A model generated the notes under the pieces. The model searched no databases. It was not told where the DNA came from and saw nothing but the letters and a program-made list of their open reading frames with translations. A stretch of 64,000 nt of DNA from Basidiobolus meristosporus CBS 931.73 (Eukaryota; Fungi; Basidiobolomycota), in assembly GCA_002104905.1 (NCBI GenBank), contig MCFE01000382.1, forward strand, positions 19,916-83,915. Reading direction: 5' to 3'. Each line of letters begins with the position of its first letter. Position 1 is the stretch's first letter. Position numbers and translations under genes: made by a program. Positions 23,685 through 36,360 of the stretch are shown here, piece after piece.

Positions 23685-24987
23685 TTAAAACTTCAGTTGT
23701 ACCTTGATTACCAACTGAATTGACCTATACCAGTCCCTATACCCTACACTCACATTAAGCTCAACCCCACACTCAAAGAGTAACTCCATTAAAATCCACC
23801 ATTCAATAAGTATTTCTGCTGTAATACTCTGGTTCCACAACTCTGGTGGGAACCCAACAGCTTTATACCACCAGTCATTCACTGGCTCCCACACATCCTG
23901 GTCTTCAGCTGGAACAGCAAGGTCTAGCACCTCATCTGCCAGTCCTTGCAATATTCCGGTATGTTTTCTTGAGCACTGCACTTGAAGAAGTGCTGCAACC
24001 ACTTGGTGTGCCTATTAATGTTCCAAAATTTAATTAAAGACATTGTGATAGTCTTTTGAGTTCTTAATGTTGTAGCCTTGTCTGTCAGTGGAATCTCCAC
24101 TCTGTCAACAATGGAGGATGTGGAGGTTGTGGTAGACAAATTACATTTTTCTGCAAACTCATCTTCCTTGCTGGAGTGTAGCCCAACTGGCTGCACTTCC
24201 AACTCATATGAAAACAGTTGTTTTCTTGTTAGTGATTCTTCTTGGCTATGATTGGATCCAGTCTGTTCCAGCCTTGTGGCATTAATTGGCAAGAACTGCA
24301 TTTTTTTGCATGCCTCTACATTTCAGGCTTGGGTAGACATTTTTCCGTTTACCTTTTCCTTTATCACTGCCAGGTCTTTCACTGCTACTTTATCTGAGTG
24401 CTTCTTGTAATGAACTACATTTTCTCCTTGATAAGTTCTGCTCTGACGCATCTGTTTTGGCCTGCTTGTCCCTTGCTGGCACTCTTCTGGCAACCTGACA
24501 TTTCTTTTCTGCTTGTTTTGAGCTCCCAACTGTAGTTGTGACAGGCCCCTGCAAAAGCTGCTGGCTTTATCACTGCCAGGTCCTTCACTGCTACTTTAAC
24601 TGAGTGCTTCTTGAGTGGTGCCACACTTTTTCCTTGATAAATGTTGTGCTGGTGCATCTGTGTCTGCCTGCTTGTCCCTGATTGGCACTCTTCCAGCTAC
24701 CTGACATCTCTTTGATGCTTGTCTAGAGCTTTTGACTCTGCTTGTAATGGGCTCTTGAGGAAGCCACTAGCTTTTAGCTATGGTGCCCTTGTTCTTCTGC
24801 CTTTGATAGTTTCTGCTATTCTTAAGATACTATCTTAACATACCAATGCTGGCCCAAAATCTGTTTGCCTGTTTGAATCCAGGATAATGCTCATGGATCA
24901 AGTCAAGTGCATTCATCTTGGTATTAAGTTCCTGATGGTCCCATGGTATGCTGGCCTTAAGGTGATGGTGTGCTAGACTTCTGATGG
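23685..24987 (-). pseudogene. CACTA-associated second ORF fragment with tandem internal repeats
   Basis: LAHHHLKASIPWDHQELNTKMNALDLIHEHYPGFKQANRFWASIGML is nearly identical to 28513-28839. KKHSxKVAVKDLAVIK units are repeated. Confidence 0.7.
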
Positions 24988-26459
24988 CTTCCTTGTCTTT
25001 GTAACTATTGACCACAGTTGCATTCTTATCAAGTCCCTGCTGGTGGAGTTTACATTTGTTTTGACTTTGGAAGCTTTAGTACATTGTCATCTCAAAGGAT
25101 GCTGTACCAAGCACATACTTCTATTAAGATGCCAACTATGTTGGGGATTGTAGCTCAATAGTTTTCCCTTGACAAGCTTGTGGCTATATTCCCCATCACA
25201 CTAGATTAGAGACAGAGCCCAAGTATTCCTGGCAACCTTTTGACAGAGGTTATTGCACCCAGTGAGCACCCCACACACAAAACACTTGAGAAGTGTTGGA
25301 TGTATCTCTCCCTTTGACTTATACATGGGGGCTATTCCATAATGCACATATATTATTATTATCCAAACACAAATACCAAGAGCATCATCTTCTGATAGAG
25401 AAAATGTACAGAAGTCAGTATGCAACTGCAGCAAAGCTTACAACATATACGCCATTGGCCTGAGTACAAAGTCAATCAAAATCTGGAGATACCAAATATA
25501 GGAGGAATCTGTTTGTGAAAAAGCTTTCTACTTGGAGCAATGCATTTGCTCTCAATACTATTTCTATTCTACACTATGAAAATAATTTGGTACTGCAGGT
25601 GGATCCAATCTGGATCAGCCATCAGGATCCTGTTCAAAGACCATCATAATACAACAGCTTTGAATCAGTAACCATCTTGATGATCTTAGGACAGGATAAC
25701 AATAGCCTTGTATTAATTTTACTGCCAAATAAAATTACAAAACTTGACAGGGCTTGGTTGGTGCTGTGACAATCATTGCATGGCATTGTTGCGGTCTTAA
25801 TGCACTCTACAACTATTTTAAATGGATCTAACTAGCCAGTATAAAAAATTACCTTATATGGCAAAAAACATGACTGTATTTTGACGGCCTCACAGCAAGT
25901 CTCTGATGGAGTTATCACAACAGTATGGTGGCCAACAGCTAGCTCTATATATTGCTACCATACCAATTTACCAAATGATATTTCCTTTTTCTACCCCCCC
26001 TTGTGCAATTCATATATTAGACTTGTTCCTTTAAAAAAAGTGCCACATTGGGCCATGAGTGCCAAATGATGTCATAATGTGCCAGAGAGGCCAAGTGAGC
26101 CTATTCTTGGCCACAGAGTGTGAAACATAGCTCTACATTTTCATGCAATGCAGCCCCTGTGTCTCACCTATTGTGTTGGAGAAAATCCATTTTTTGACCT
26201 TTTTTTTGGGATCAATGTTGTGCAGGATGTGTAAGGGCACAGAAGGACTGAAGACATGCATCTGGTACTCAATACCCATGGCACTCTGAATCTAGCTCCT
26301 GTAGCCAGTATCATGTCACAAAAATGAATGGCACTATATTGGTCCACTGGCACTATCAGGCACTATGTTTAAATATAAGCCCTAAAGAAAGACCTATACA
26401 AAGCACTTATAGTGCCAGAGAGTACCAGTGGACCAAGAAAGTGCCATGCACTTCTGTGT

Positions 26460-27519
26460 TATATAGAACACACAGTAGCCAACACATGTTACAAATTACA
26501 GCTCACTTGAAGCAGTACTTAAGGAGTTATGACCAAAAGAGTCCAATTACTATGTATACTAGGCCTCTATTGCTAGGATTACTATGGTGACTTCTATTGC
26601 ATGTAACTTTTGAACCAGCCAAGCAAATCATGTGAAATCTCTACAGATGCTGCCAGTATGTCCAATCTGCGCCACTGCAAAAGTTTAGCTTTGTATCATG
26701 TGTATTGCTTGTGCAATTGTCCAAAATATTTGATCCTTAAGAGCTTTCATATAAATGACTTCCCTAGCTGGAAAATCAAAGAGAGCCTCTCTTTCCAGAA
26801 TCTCCACACTACAGTTACAAGTTTAAAGGTTATAAGACTTCCCCTGTATCACCTGCACTGCTGAGTATTCTGACTTTGATTGGTACTACATCAGTAGAGA
26901 GACTGCAAAGCCAACAAGAATCCAATCTAAGTTCTACAAGAAACTACCACTTTTCTGTCAGAAAAGTCTCCTCTGAGAAGCTCCTTAACTCTAAAGGTAC
27001 CCCTTTAGACACCCCTTAAGTCTAAAGACCCCTTTAGAGACCCCTTCAGAAAACCCCTTTACTTTAAAGAAGTCCCTTTACGCACCCCTTTAGTGTAGAG
27101 TCCACTTTAGAGACCACAACAAGAAGCCCCTTTACTCTAAAGACACCCCTTTTGGTCTAAAAACCCCTTAGAGACATCTACAACACACCCCTTTAGGCTG
27201 AAGGGGAGTTCAGAGTTTCCATATTGGGAAATATCTACTCAGAAAGGAAAGTGACTCCCAAATAAGGAAAAGATACTATAAAAGTACATAAGTTCAATAC
27301 TTGGTAGAAGGTCAGAACACTGCTGTAGACATGAGAAATACTGCCTAGGGTATATTTTGAGCCTAAGATTGAGGATATTAGTGAAAGCTATATCTTCTGT
27401 TGGTATATTATACTCTTGATAAACTATTTCAGTATTAGCATACCTGAAGTTGTTGTATATTGTGGATTAGCCTCTACATTGTGGAACAAGCCCCAAACTA
27501 TCCATAATGCAACACAACA
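26460..27519 (+). repeat. 5'-truncated gypsy 'family B' LTR with internal CCCCTTTAGAG-like repeats
   Basis: Aligns with 51830-53531 once the nested LTR is removed. Ends in ACACAACA. Confidence 0.75.
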
Positions 27520-28004
27520 GTTTGTAGCCAAACCCCACAGCTGATGGCAGCAGAAGAATGGTTGGACAATAGCTTGCTTTGACATTCAGTACAACAAGCA
27601 GGGCATTATCTAAACTGGCCATGTTGATGGTGAGCCCACTGAAGGTTGTTTTCCATGAAAAAGCTCAAACTTAGAATTCATAGGATTTTTCAGCTGGTAT
27701 ATAGCTGGTATTCCAATGGTATTTTGCTGGTATTCAGCTAGTGTTTTTGGTACAAAACATCAAATGCAATTTTGATGCAAGAAAATGGCAGCTAATTACC
27801 AAATTTAGCATGGATGTTAGTTGGCCTAGTCTCCACCTGGGCAAACTGTTTGCTTGCCTGCTCATCAGCTAACAGTGGAGATATTGAGATAATTTTGAGA
27901 AACTGGGAATTTCACTGATATTAAGAGGGTACTTTGCTGGCCTTTTCTTAATTTTTCTCATAGGGAAAAATGCCAACTCCTCAGTCTCTCAGTCAAGGAG
28001 GCAG

Positions 28005-29200
28005 TTGAGAACCTCTGCAGAGCCACAAGCTGACCTCTATGCTCAGGCAGATAAGAATGTAGCAAACACAGTACCCTCAGTTGAAGACCAGCAAGTGGCT
28101 GTCATAACATCACCACCACCCACATTAGTAAATATGTTTTCAGCTCATACCAAAGTACAAATGGAGCAATTAGGTGCAGTGGCTGATAGGATAGGTGCAA
28201 TGGCCCAGAGAAATCAGGAAATAGTCCAGAAACAGGATGAGCAGATAATACATGTAAAGAATTCTAAATCCCAGGTAGAGAAAGTAGTATCTTTGCAGCA
28301 AAGAAGGAACTCAAGTAGCTCAATGTCACATCCAAGAATTAAGCCTTTTCCCAATGTAACAGTAAAGGAACACAATATAGTCTTTGATGTAGAAGAACAG
28401 TGCCCAAAGATAAAGCCTAGAAAATAACCTATCACAGCATGGGAGGGAGACAATGTGGTGTTTATACCAAAGCCTAAAATCAAAAGACATTGAAGATCTG
28501 TGAAGCTATTGAGTGCAAAATTATGAAGAGTGGGCCAATATTCAAGAGACTGTCAGAAGTCTAGCACACCATCACCTTAAGGCCAGCATACCATGGGACC
28601 ATCAGGAACTTAATGCCAAGATGAATGCACTTGACTTGCTCCATGAGCATTATCCTGGATTCAAACAGGCAAACAGATTTTGGGCCAGCATTGGTATGTT
28701 AAGAATATATCTTAAGAATAGCAGGAACTATCAAAGGCAGAAGAACAAGGGTGCCATGGCTAAAAGCCAGCAGATTCCTCAAGAGCCCATTACAAGCAGG
28801 GCTAAATGCTCCAGACAGCATCAAAGAGATATCAGGTAGCTGGAAGAGTGCCAATTAGGGACAAGCAGGCAGACATGGATACACCAGCACAACATTTATC
28901 AAGGAAAAAGCATAGTACAACTCAAGAAGTACTCAGTCAAAGTAGCAGTGAAGGACTTGGCAGTGATAAAAACCAGCAGTTTGCACAGCAGCCTGACACA
29001 ACTAAGGCTGAGAGCTCAAAACAAGCAGAAAAGCAACAACAGGTTGCTGGAAGAGTGGTAGCAAGGGATAAGCAGGCAAAAAAAAAATGTGACAGAGCAG
29101 AATTTATCAAGGTGAGAATATAGTTCATTATATAAAGCACTCAGTCAAAATAACAGTGAAAGACCTGGCAGTGATAAAGGAAAAGGCAAAGGGAAAAATG
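28005..29200 (+). pseudogene. CACTA-associated ORF2 (coiled coil, conserved W/F-rich domain, repeats)
   Basis: ORFs 28005, 28513 and 28806. Homologues at 32863, 23685-24987 and 19660-20505. Confidence 0.7.
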
Positions 29201-29279
29201 TCTACCTAAGCCTGAGACAGAGTATTTGTAAGAATGGTAAGCAAGACTCTGATAATTCCCTATGAACTATAATTTGGTC

Positions 29280-32200
29280 CCACAGGTGGATCCAATCTGG
29301 ATCAGCCATCAAGATCCCATTTAGAGACCATCATAATAACAGCAGCTTGGAATTAGTGACCCTCCTAGCAATCTTAGGATGGGATCATAACTGTGTTTCA
29401 CTAATTTTACAAACAAATAAAGGGATAAAACTTGACAAAATTTTATTGGTGCTGTGACAATCTTTGAGTAGTATTGTTGCAGTCTTTCAGCACTCTATTA
29501 CTATTTTACATGGATTCAGTTGGCCAGGATATCCAATTGCCTTATATGGCAAGAAACCTGACAATATTTTGATGGCCTCACAGCAAGACTCTGATGGATT
29601 TTATTGGCAGTATGATGGCCTACTTCTGATTCTGTATAATGCTACCATACCAACTTACCAAATGGTATTCCCTTTTTCTACCTTCCCATGTGCAATTCAT
29701 ATATTCCACTGTAGAATCACCCCTCTTCATTTGCTTATCCACTACTACCATGGGTATTCCACATATAGTTTGAATCAAAAAAAACTATGGCCTCCTCCGT
29801 ACTAACCTCTACAAACTTGTACACCTGCTGCAATTGACATACTTCTATCACCTCAACTTTACAGCTTTTTGGTGTGACACTTGCAAAGTTGCCATATATC
29901 TTGTACTGCTGGTAACATCTACATCTTGCAAACTTATGCTTGGCTGTTGCCACTTCTGCCACAAATACCTCCTGAATTTCTGCAAAGAATTTCTTGGCAC
30001 CTAGCCAATATATTTGTTCTCCCTGCTGCATTCTAGTCCCCCTTATAGGTGCATTCTGGCTTTTGTTTGTGTGAGTTCTGTGCTTAATGGTGTTGAAGTT
30101 GGCTTGTAGCCATAAGAAGTCAGGCATATCTTGGTAGAGCTCTCCTGATAAAAGTTAGTTGCTTGTTGCACCCAACCCAACTTTGCATTACTTAACTGAT
30201 TACTCACACATTGGGGCTGCTTAGCTTCTTAATACCATAGGCATAGGTATTGCCATGTGCACATTTGTCCTCAGTATTTTCCAACTCTTCCTGGCTGTCC
30301 TCAATGTGCCAACTCATCACATCCATGACGGACTTGAAGGTAACTTTCTTGATGGGATTGGGAAATGGTAGTACCTGCAACATGACTTTTCTTCCTACCT
30401 CCCCACACATCTGCTCCATAGGAAACTCCCAAAATGTGAAGCAAGGCCCAATATTCTCCACACACTATGCAAGATGGAGTAGAGAATGGATACAGTAGGG
30501 GCAGAGATCTACATGTTCAGCTTTATGTTTGTAGTATAGCTGCTCAAATCCTGTCACAAACTGCTCACACAACAGCTGCAGATGCGTCAAGTTGGCATTG
30601 GTGATCTGCTTCTGGACAAATACTCCTACAATGTCCACATAGGACTCCCAATGCTTCCAATGTACTCTTGGTAGGAATGGCTTCAGAACACCACTTAAAT
30701 AAATACATATCCAGTTCATCCAGTCTTTGCATTTGCATTGTTGCATATGCGTATGAATATTAATTGGAGCGCATGAGAAGTAGTTAGGGTAGCGGATACT
30801 CTGTAATATCTTGCCAATTCTTTCAAATTTCTCTGGTATCTCAAAGGGCTCATTTAACTTGAAATGCACCATGTACAACTTGGTCATCAGTATAGGGATA
30901 TTGTTGAAAAGCAAATGCATTGATCCCAGTGGAAAGCTTTTGCTCCAGCAGATACCCTCTATCTGAAGTATCTCTGGTTTCTGATTGATTCCTTATTCTA
31001 GTCAATGGCTAATAGCTTGCCAACTTTGCTGTAATTGCATGCTTACTTCTGTATGTCCTCTCTGTGGAAAGATGAGGATCTTAGTGCTGGTGTTTGGATA
31101 ATACTAATGGGTGTGAGTTATGGGGTAAATCCCCTGGATCTCACACATTTGACAGCAATACTGTTCATTGTGCCCGGAAAAACCCGCTATCTTGCTGATG
31201 GCTGGGGTATCTTCAATGCAGATAATAATATGTGCTTTTACATGAGGGCCATTTACCGTTATCCTGCTGGAAAGCATACAAAGCTCATCCAGCAATGGAT
31301 ACAGGTAGCTATCCAGGTTTGATAGTGACTTAGACCCAGATATCAGTGAGACTACCATCAGATTATTGCTATGATACCATAAGATGGGTGGCAGATTCAG
31401 ATTGATGAGAATCAGTGGCTAGCAGGATTTGCTGGTAGAGTACTTGTTTAATGAGAATCCATCCAGGGCTAAGGCAAAGGCATGGTCATATATACCTCCA
31501 AAGTAGCCCTTGCTTCTTAGCTGTTTACAATGTTTGCCATCAAATATATCTGATATATTTGTGCTTGACTGATACTGAGTGCAGTACTCTATAACTTTGC
31601 AATATTTGTTGGACTGCATCAGCTTCCTCAGATGGGGTATAAGCAGAATATATCCAGAGTGTCAACAATGTTCTCCCTCAAAAGTGGCGGATTCCTGACA
31701 ACTTGTCCATGTTGCAATGGTAGCATTTTTGGATGTGAATGCCATACAACATTTAACACATGCTGGAATCAGGGCAGTCTCTGGATTATATGTTGCCAGC
31801 TGCATAACGGTTGTCCACTTGTACCATGTACATGGTAAGTTGAATTCTGGTACAACTTTGGCAAGTAGTAGTAATAAGTCCTCAAAGCCTCCATTACTGA
31901 TATTTGTGGAAATGCACCACTTCTCTAGCCACAACATTACATCATTCACCAGTAGATGGATTACTGGGCTCACTTGGCTCCATAGAGTATTCTTGGGATT
32001 TGTTTCAACGGGTGTTGTCTAATAGCATATAGGGATTTGACCAGGCTCATATGTGGTACTGTTGTTAGGGAAGATAGCCTCAAAATCCATCAGTGAACCT
32101 TCTTTGTCATTGCTATCACTCTGTATGCCATATTCAGAAGGCTGAGGTAAGCCTAAAGGCGTCACAAACTCACTTGACTCAGTTTGCACAAGATGATAAA

Positions 32201-32280
32201 GATGGCCAGGTACCACTATAGAAGTATCTAATGGCCAGCATGATAATGTTGGTACAGTAGTGACCAATGAATGGTCAAAC
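29280..32280 (-). pseudogene. CACTA/En-Spm transposase (tnp2/Transposase_21- and DUF4218-like regions)
   Basis: ACVKCCMAF; DIFDGKHCKQL...DHAFALALDGFSL; LDSYLYPLLDEL...DTPAISKIAGFSGH...CCQMC; CKCKDWMNW; CIHSLLHLA; IGPCFTFWEFPMEQMCG. Confidence 0.85.
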
Positions 32281-32862
32281 ATGACTTGGGTGGCAAAACA
32301 CTGGCCATGATCCTTGTGACATTTCCTATGCTCTCTGTGTGCTTCATGGCTGAGAGGCTTGCCACAATAGCCACATGGTCATTTTTCTGTTCTCTTATGG
32401 CGTTGAGTCAAAGTAGTCTTGTCCATAGGGCAAACAGCTTGACCTTCAACAATGTAATGCTATTATATCACTTTTTGGTCAATACATATGTGAACTTGAG
32501 ACAGTCTTGTTTTTGAGACATTAGACTTGTTCCATTGTGCCATTGATCATATTGCCAGAAAGTGCTGTATATTTTGTTATTAATTCGATATCTTAGGGTC
32601 ATATGCATGTCAATTTTGATCCCAGATTGGCACTGTATGGCACCATCTGGCACTCTGTGGCATGATCAGGCTCCACCTGGCATGCTATGGCACTGTTGGG
32701 CACTATGAGCAGCTGGAATGATGGAAAAAGTCCATTGCACCTACATGAATGTAAGATTCAATGTTGACCCATCATAGTAAGCATTATAAATAAAGCTGTG
32801 GCACTACATACACACATATATTCAACACTATTTCCCCTTTGGTTTGACTCACTTCCATATAT

Positions 32863-33535
32863 ATGCCACCAAAAAAAAAGCAAAGTTGTCAGGTTCTCAA
32901 CCAGACCCCACCACTGATAGCAACAGAAGAATGGTGGGACAACAGCTTGCTTTGGCATTCAGTACAACAAGCAGGGCTACATCCAAAAAAGGCCCTGTGG
33001 ACAGTGTGCCCATTGAAGGTAGAAATGAAGACTCCTCAGGCTCTCAGTCAAGTAGTCAATTGAGAACCTCTGCAGAGCCACAAGCTGACCATTATGCTCA
33101 GGCATATGAGAATGTAGCAAGCGCAGTACCCTCAGTTGAAGATCAGCAAGTGGCCATGATAACATCACCACCACCCATTTTAGCAAGTATGTTGTCAGCT
33201 CATACCAAACCATTAATGAAGCAATTAGGTGCAGTGGCTAATACAATAGATGCAATGGCCAGGAGATATGAGGAAATACTTCAGAAACAGGATGAGCGTA
33301 TAATGCATGTAGAGCAATCAATATTCCAGGTAGAGAAAGCAGTATCTTTGCTGCAAAGAAGGAACTCAAGTAGCTCAATGTCACAGCCAGGAATTGAGCA
33401 ATTTCCCAATGTAAAAACAGAAGAACAGCATACAGTCATTGAAGCACAAAAACAGTGCCCAAAGATAAAGCCCACGAAAAAAACTATCACTGCATGGGAG
33501 GAAGATAATGTGGTGTTTATACCAAAGCCTAAGAA
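32863..33535 (+). pseudogene. N-terminal part of another ORF2 copy (MPPKKKAK... NLS-like start, frameshift in the A-run)
   Basis: Strong similarity to 28005-28480. Truncated where family B LTR sequence begins. Confidence 0.7.
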
Positions 33536-35288
33536 TACAGTATTGTTTCCTTATTTGGGAGCTGCTTTCCTCTCTGAGAAAATATTTTCTGATATAGAAA
33601 TTCTGAATTCCCCTTTAACCTGAAGGGGTGTGGTGTGGAAGTTTCTAAAGGGGTCTTTAAACCTAAACAGGTGTCTAAAAAGCTGTCTTTAGAGTAAAAG
33701 GGTCTCTTAGAGGGGACTGTTCCAACAGGAAAGCAGCAGTTTTCTTGTAGAGCTTAGATTGGATTCTTGTGAGCTTTGCAGTCTCTTTGCTGGTGTAGTA
33801 CCAATCAGAGTCAGAATACCCAACAGTGCAAGTGATGCAGGGGAAGTCTTTTAGCCTTTAAGCTTGTCAATGTAGTGTAGAGATTCTGGAAAGAGAAGCA
33901 CTCTGTTATTTTTCAGCTGGGGAAGTCATATCTATGAGATTTCTGAAGGATCAAGATTTTGGGCAATTGCATAGGCAATACATGTGATACAAGGTCATAG
34001 CATTGGTGCAGATTGAACATAGGTGCAGCACCAGTGAGAATATCACATGATCTGATTGGCTGGCTCAAAAGTCTCACATGATTCAAGTCATCATAACCCT
34101 CATTATCACTTCTGACATAGAACTACTTTAATCTGTTACCAGGTTTTGCAAGTGTAAGTGGTGTACCATCAAGTGCTGCTTGCTTATAAGATCAATTTTT
34201 GTTTGCATGTATGATCTTATAGGAACCTTGCCATTGCATATCCAGCTAAGATGTCCTGTTTCCTTGACTCTTGGTAATGTGAAGTAGTATCAACTCACCT
34301 ACTGCAAGAAAAGTTCTACTAAGGCATTTTTGACTGTCAAAGAACTCCTTGCCAGCCATTCTGGATTTCTTCAGGTTTTCTGTTACATTCTTTTGCAGAG
34401 TGTGAGCTTATTGAGTCTGTTATATTCTTGCTAGCAATTGCTCTGATGTTGTCATGGTTGGCTTCCATGGGAGTGTAAACTAACTTTCAGAAGATATGTC
34501 TATCAGTAAAACAGCTTCATGTCCATATATCTGAAAAAATGGAGTATTCCCTATACTTCTTTTAACTGTAACTCTATCAGCCCCTATTTCTGCATGAAAG
34601 CTACTTGCCCGCTTGTTGGGTTCTTCATTGCTAAGCTTTGCTAATGTATTTGCATAAGCAAAATGTCCATGTTCAACTGGTGCACTTGCTTGTGGGTGAT
34701 ATGGTGTTGTATGGATGAGCTTTGTTCCATGCTTCATTGCTAGAGCTTGTATAGCATAAGATCTACATTCTTCATTATCTGCAATTAGGGCACCAACTGA
34801 ATCATGTCTGAGATACACCTCTTCTTTAAGAAATCTTGCTACTGCTTTTGCATTGGCATGTATCAGCATTCTAGCCTCTATCCTACCAGTAATGTTATTA
34901 CAACAGTCCACTACATACTTATACCCTGCAGTTGCCCTTGGTAAGTGTATAATATCTGTGTGCAACTTGCCAAGCTTAAGATATTTATATACTGTGAAGT
35001 GGTTCATGCATCATTTGGTTGTCTCTTCTTTGGCATGGAATACAAGATTACACATATTCTTTTGTTTTGGTGTATAGTGTTGGCCAAAAATGTTGTAAGG
35101 AGATTCTTGCATATGATGATGTAATTCCCTTATGACCTCCTTATTCAGATTCATGCAATTCTTGAATGATCTTCTCTTGATCATGATTGTCATGTATATA
35201 CCATCAAGGAACTCTATGTTTGCTCTTTCTGAAAAGCGTGCCATCATGCTGTATAAACTTCAAAGCCTTCTTTTTAAAATTTGTCCGT

Positions 35289-36360
35289 TGTAGTGGGGTG
35301 ACAGTGACACCCACTGACAGATGTGCTCATTCCCTTATTTTCTACTTCCCTATATCCCTACTACACTCATTTTAGTTTTATCCCATTTGTCTTACCCAAT
35401 CAGTACTATCCCATAAGCCGGTTGACTATCACACCTGCTTACCTTATTGCATAAGTTACCCCTCACTTTATGTAAGATTACTAGTTACAAGTGCTTCTAT
35501 ATTAGGCAAGTACCCGCGCCAGTACCTGTGACACATGATCAACCCGTGTCACCATCCCTACCATTTCCATACCATATATGGTATCCCCATGTTACACAGG
35601 TTTCAGAATACTGATTCCTGATTGGTTGGATGTGCTGTGCCTCTTAGAACCTTCCAGCACCTACTTAGAACATTCTTAGGTCATTCTGATGTCATTAAGA
35701 TTTCTATTGAACTCCGGAACCTTCTGGAACACCATGATTAGTAATCACTTAGCCAGTGAAGAAAAGTATATAAGGGAGGCTATCCCTCAACAATAAATCA
35801 TCATCCCTTTTATCAATATACCGACTTGTTGATTAGTGTGATCACTGCTACCTGCTGCTACCTGAACTTCCAACCCTAGACCACAGGACACTCCCAGGAA
35901 ACCGCGCTGACAGCCAACTGACCTTGGAGGCACTACTTGTGAGGAATACTCAGAGTAGGTATCTTTTATTATATTTGATTCTTTCCCAAGTTTGTTCTTG
36001 TACAGGCAAAGATACTTTTCTGTCTTTGTAACTATTGACCAAAGCTGCATTCTTATCAAGTCCCTGCTGGTGGAGTTTACAGTTGTTTTGACTTTGGAAG
36101 CTTTAGTACATTGTCATCTCAAAGGACGCTGAACCCAGCACATACTTTTGTTAAGACGCCAACTAAGTTGGGGATTGTAGCTCAATAGTTTTCCCTTGAC
36201 AAGCTTGTGGCTTTATTCCCCTTCACATTAGATTAGAGACAGAACCCAAGTATTCCTAGCAAGCTTTTGCCAGAGGTTATCGCACCCAGTGAACACCCCA
36301 CACACAAAACACTTGAGAAGTGTTGGACGTATCTCTCCCTTGGACTTATACACCACCACA
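35289..36360 (+). mobile_element. Solo LTR (1072 bp), family A, inserted in the gypsy pol
   Basis: TGTAG...CCACA ends. Perfect TSD CCGT at 35285-35288 and 36361-36364. The host frame rejoins as ...PTSQR-TNFKKKALKF. Confidence 0.93.

Larger units (their letters stand above)
26040..32750. mobile_element. Decayed CACTA/En-Spm-like DNA transposon with convergent ORF2 (+) and transposase (-), flanked by GTGCCA/TGGCAC repeat clusters
   Basis: Transposase motifs at 29300-32280 (-), ORF2 at ~27520-29200 (+), motif clusters at 26040-26450 and 32620-32720. True terminal inverted repeats and a TSD were not found. Confidence 0.55.

Noticed and set aside
26980-27210. CCCCTTTAGAG-like short repeats as a CRISPR array or CACTA subterminal repeats
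   Set aside because: Irregular spacing with no unique spacers, and they recur at the same position inside every family B LTR, so they are LTR-internal repeats.
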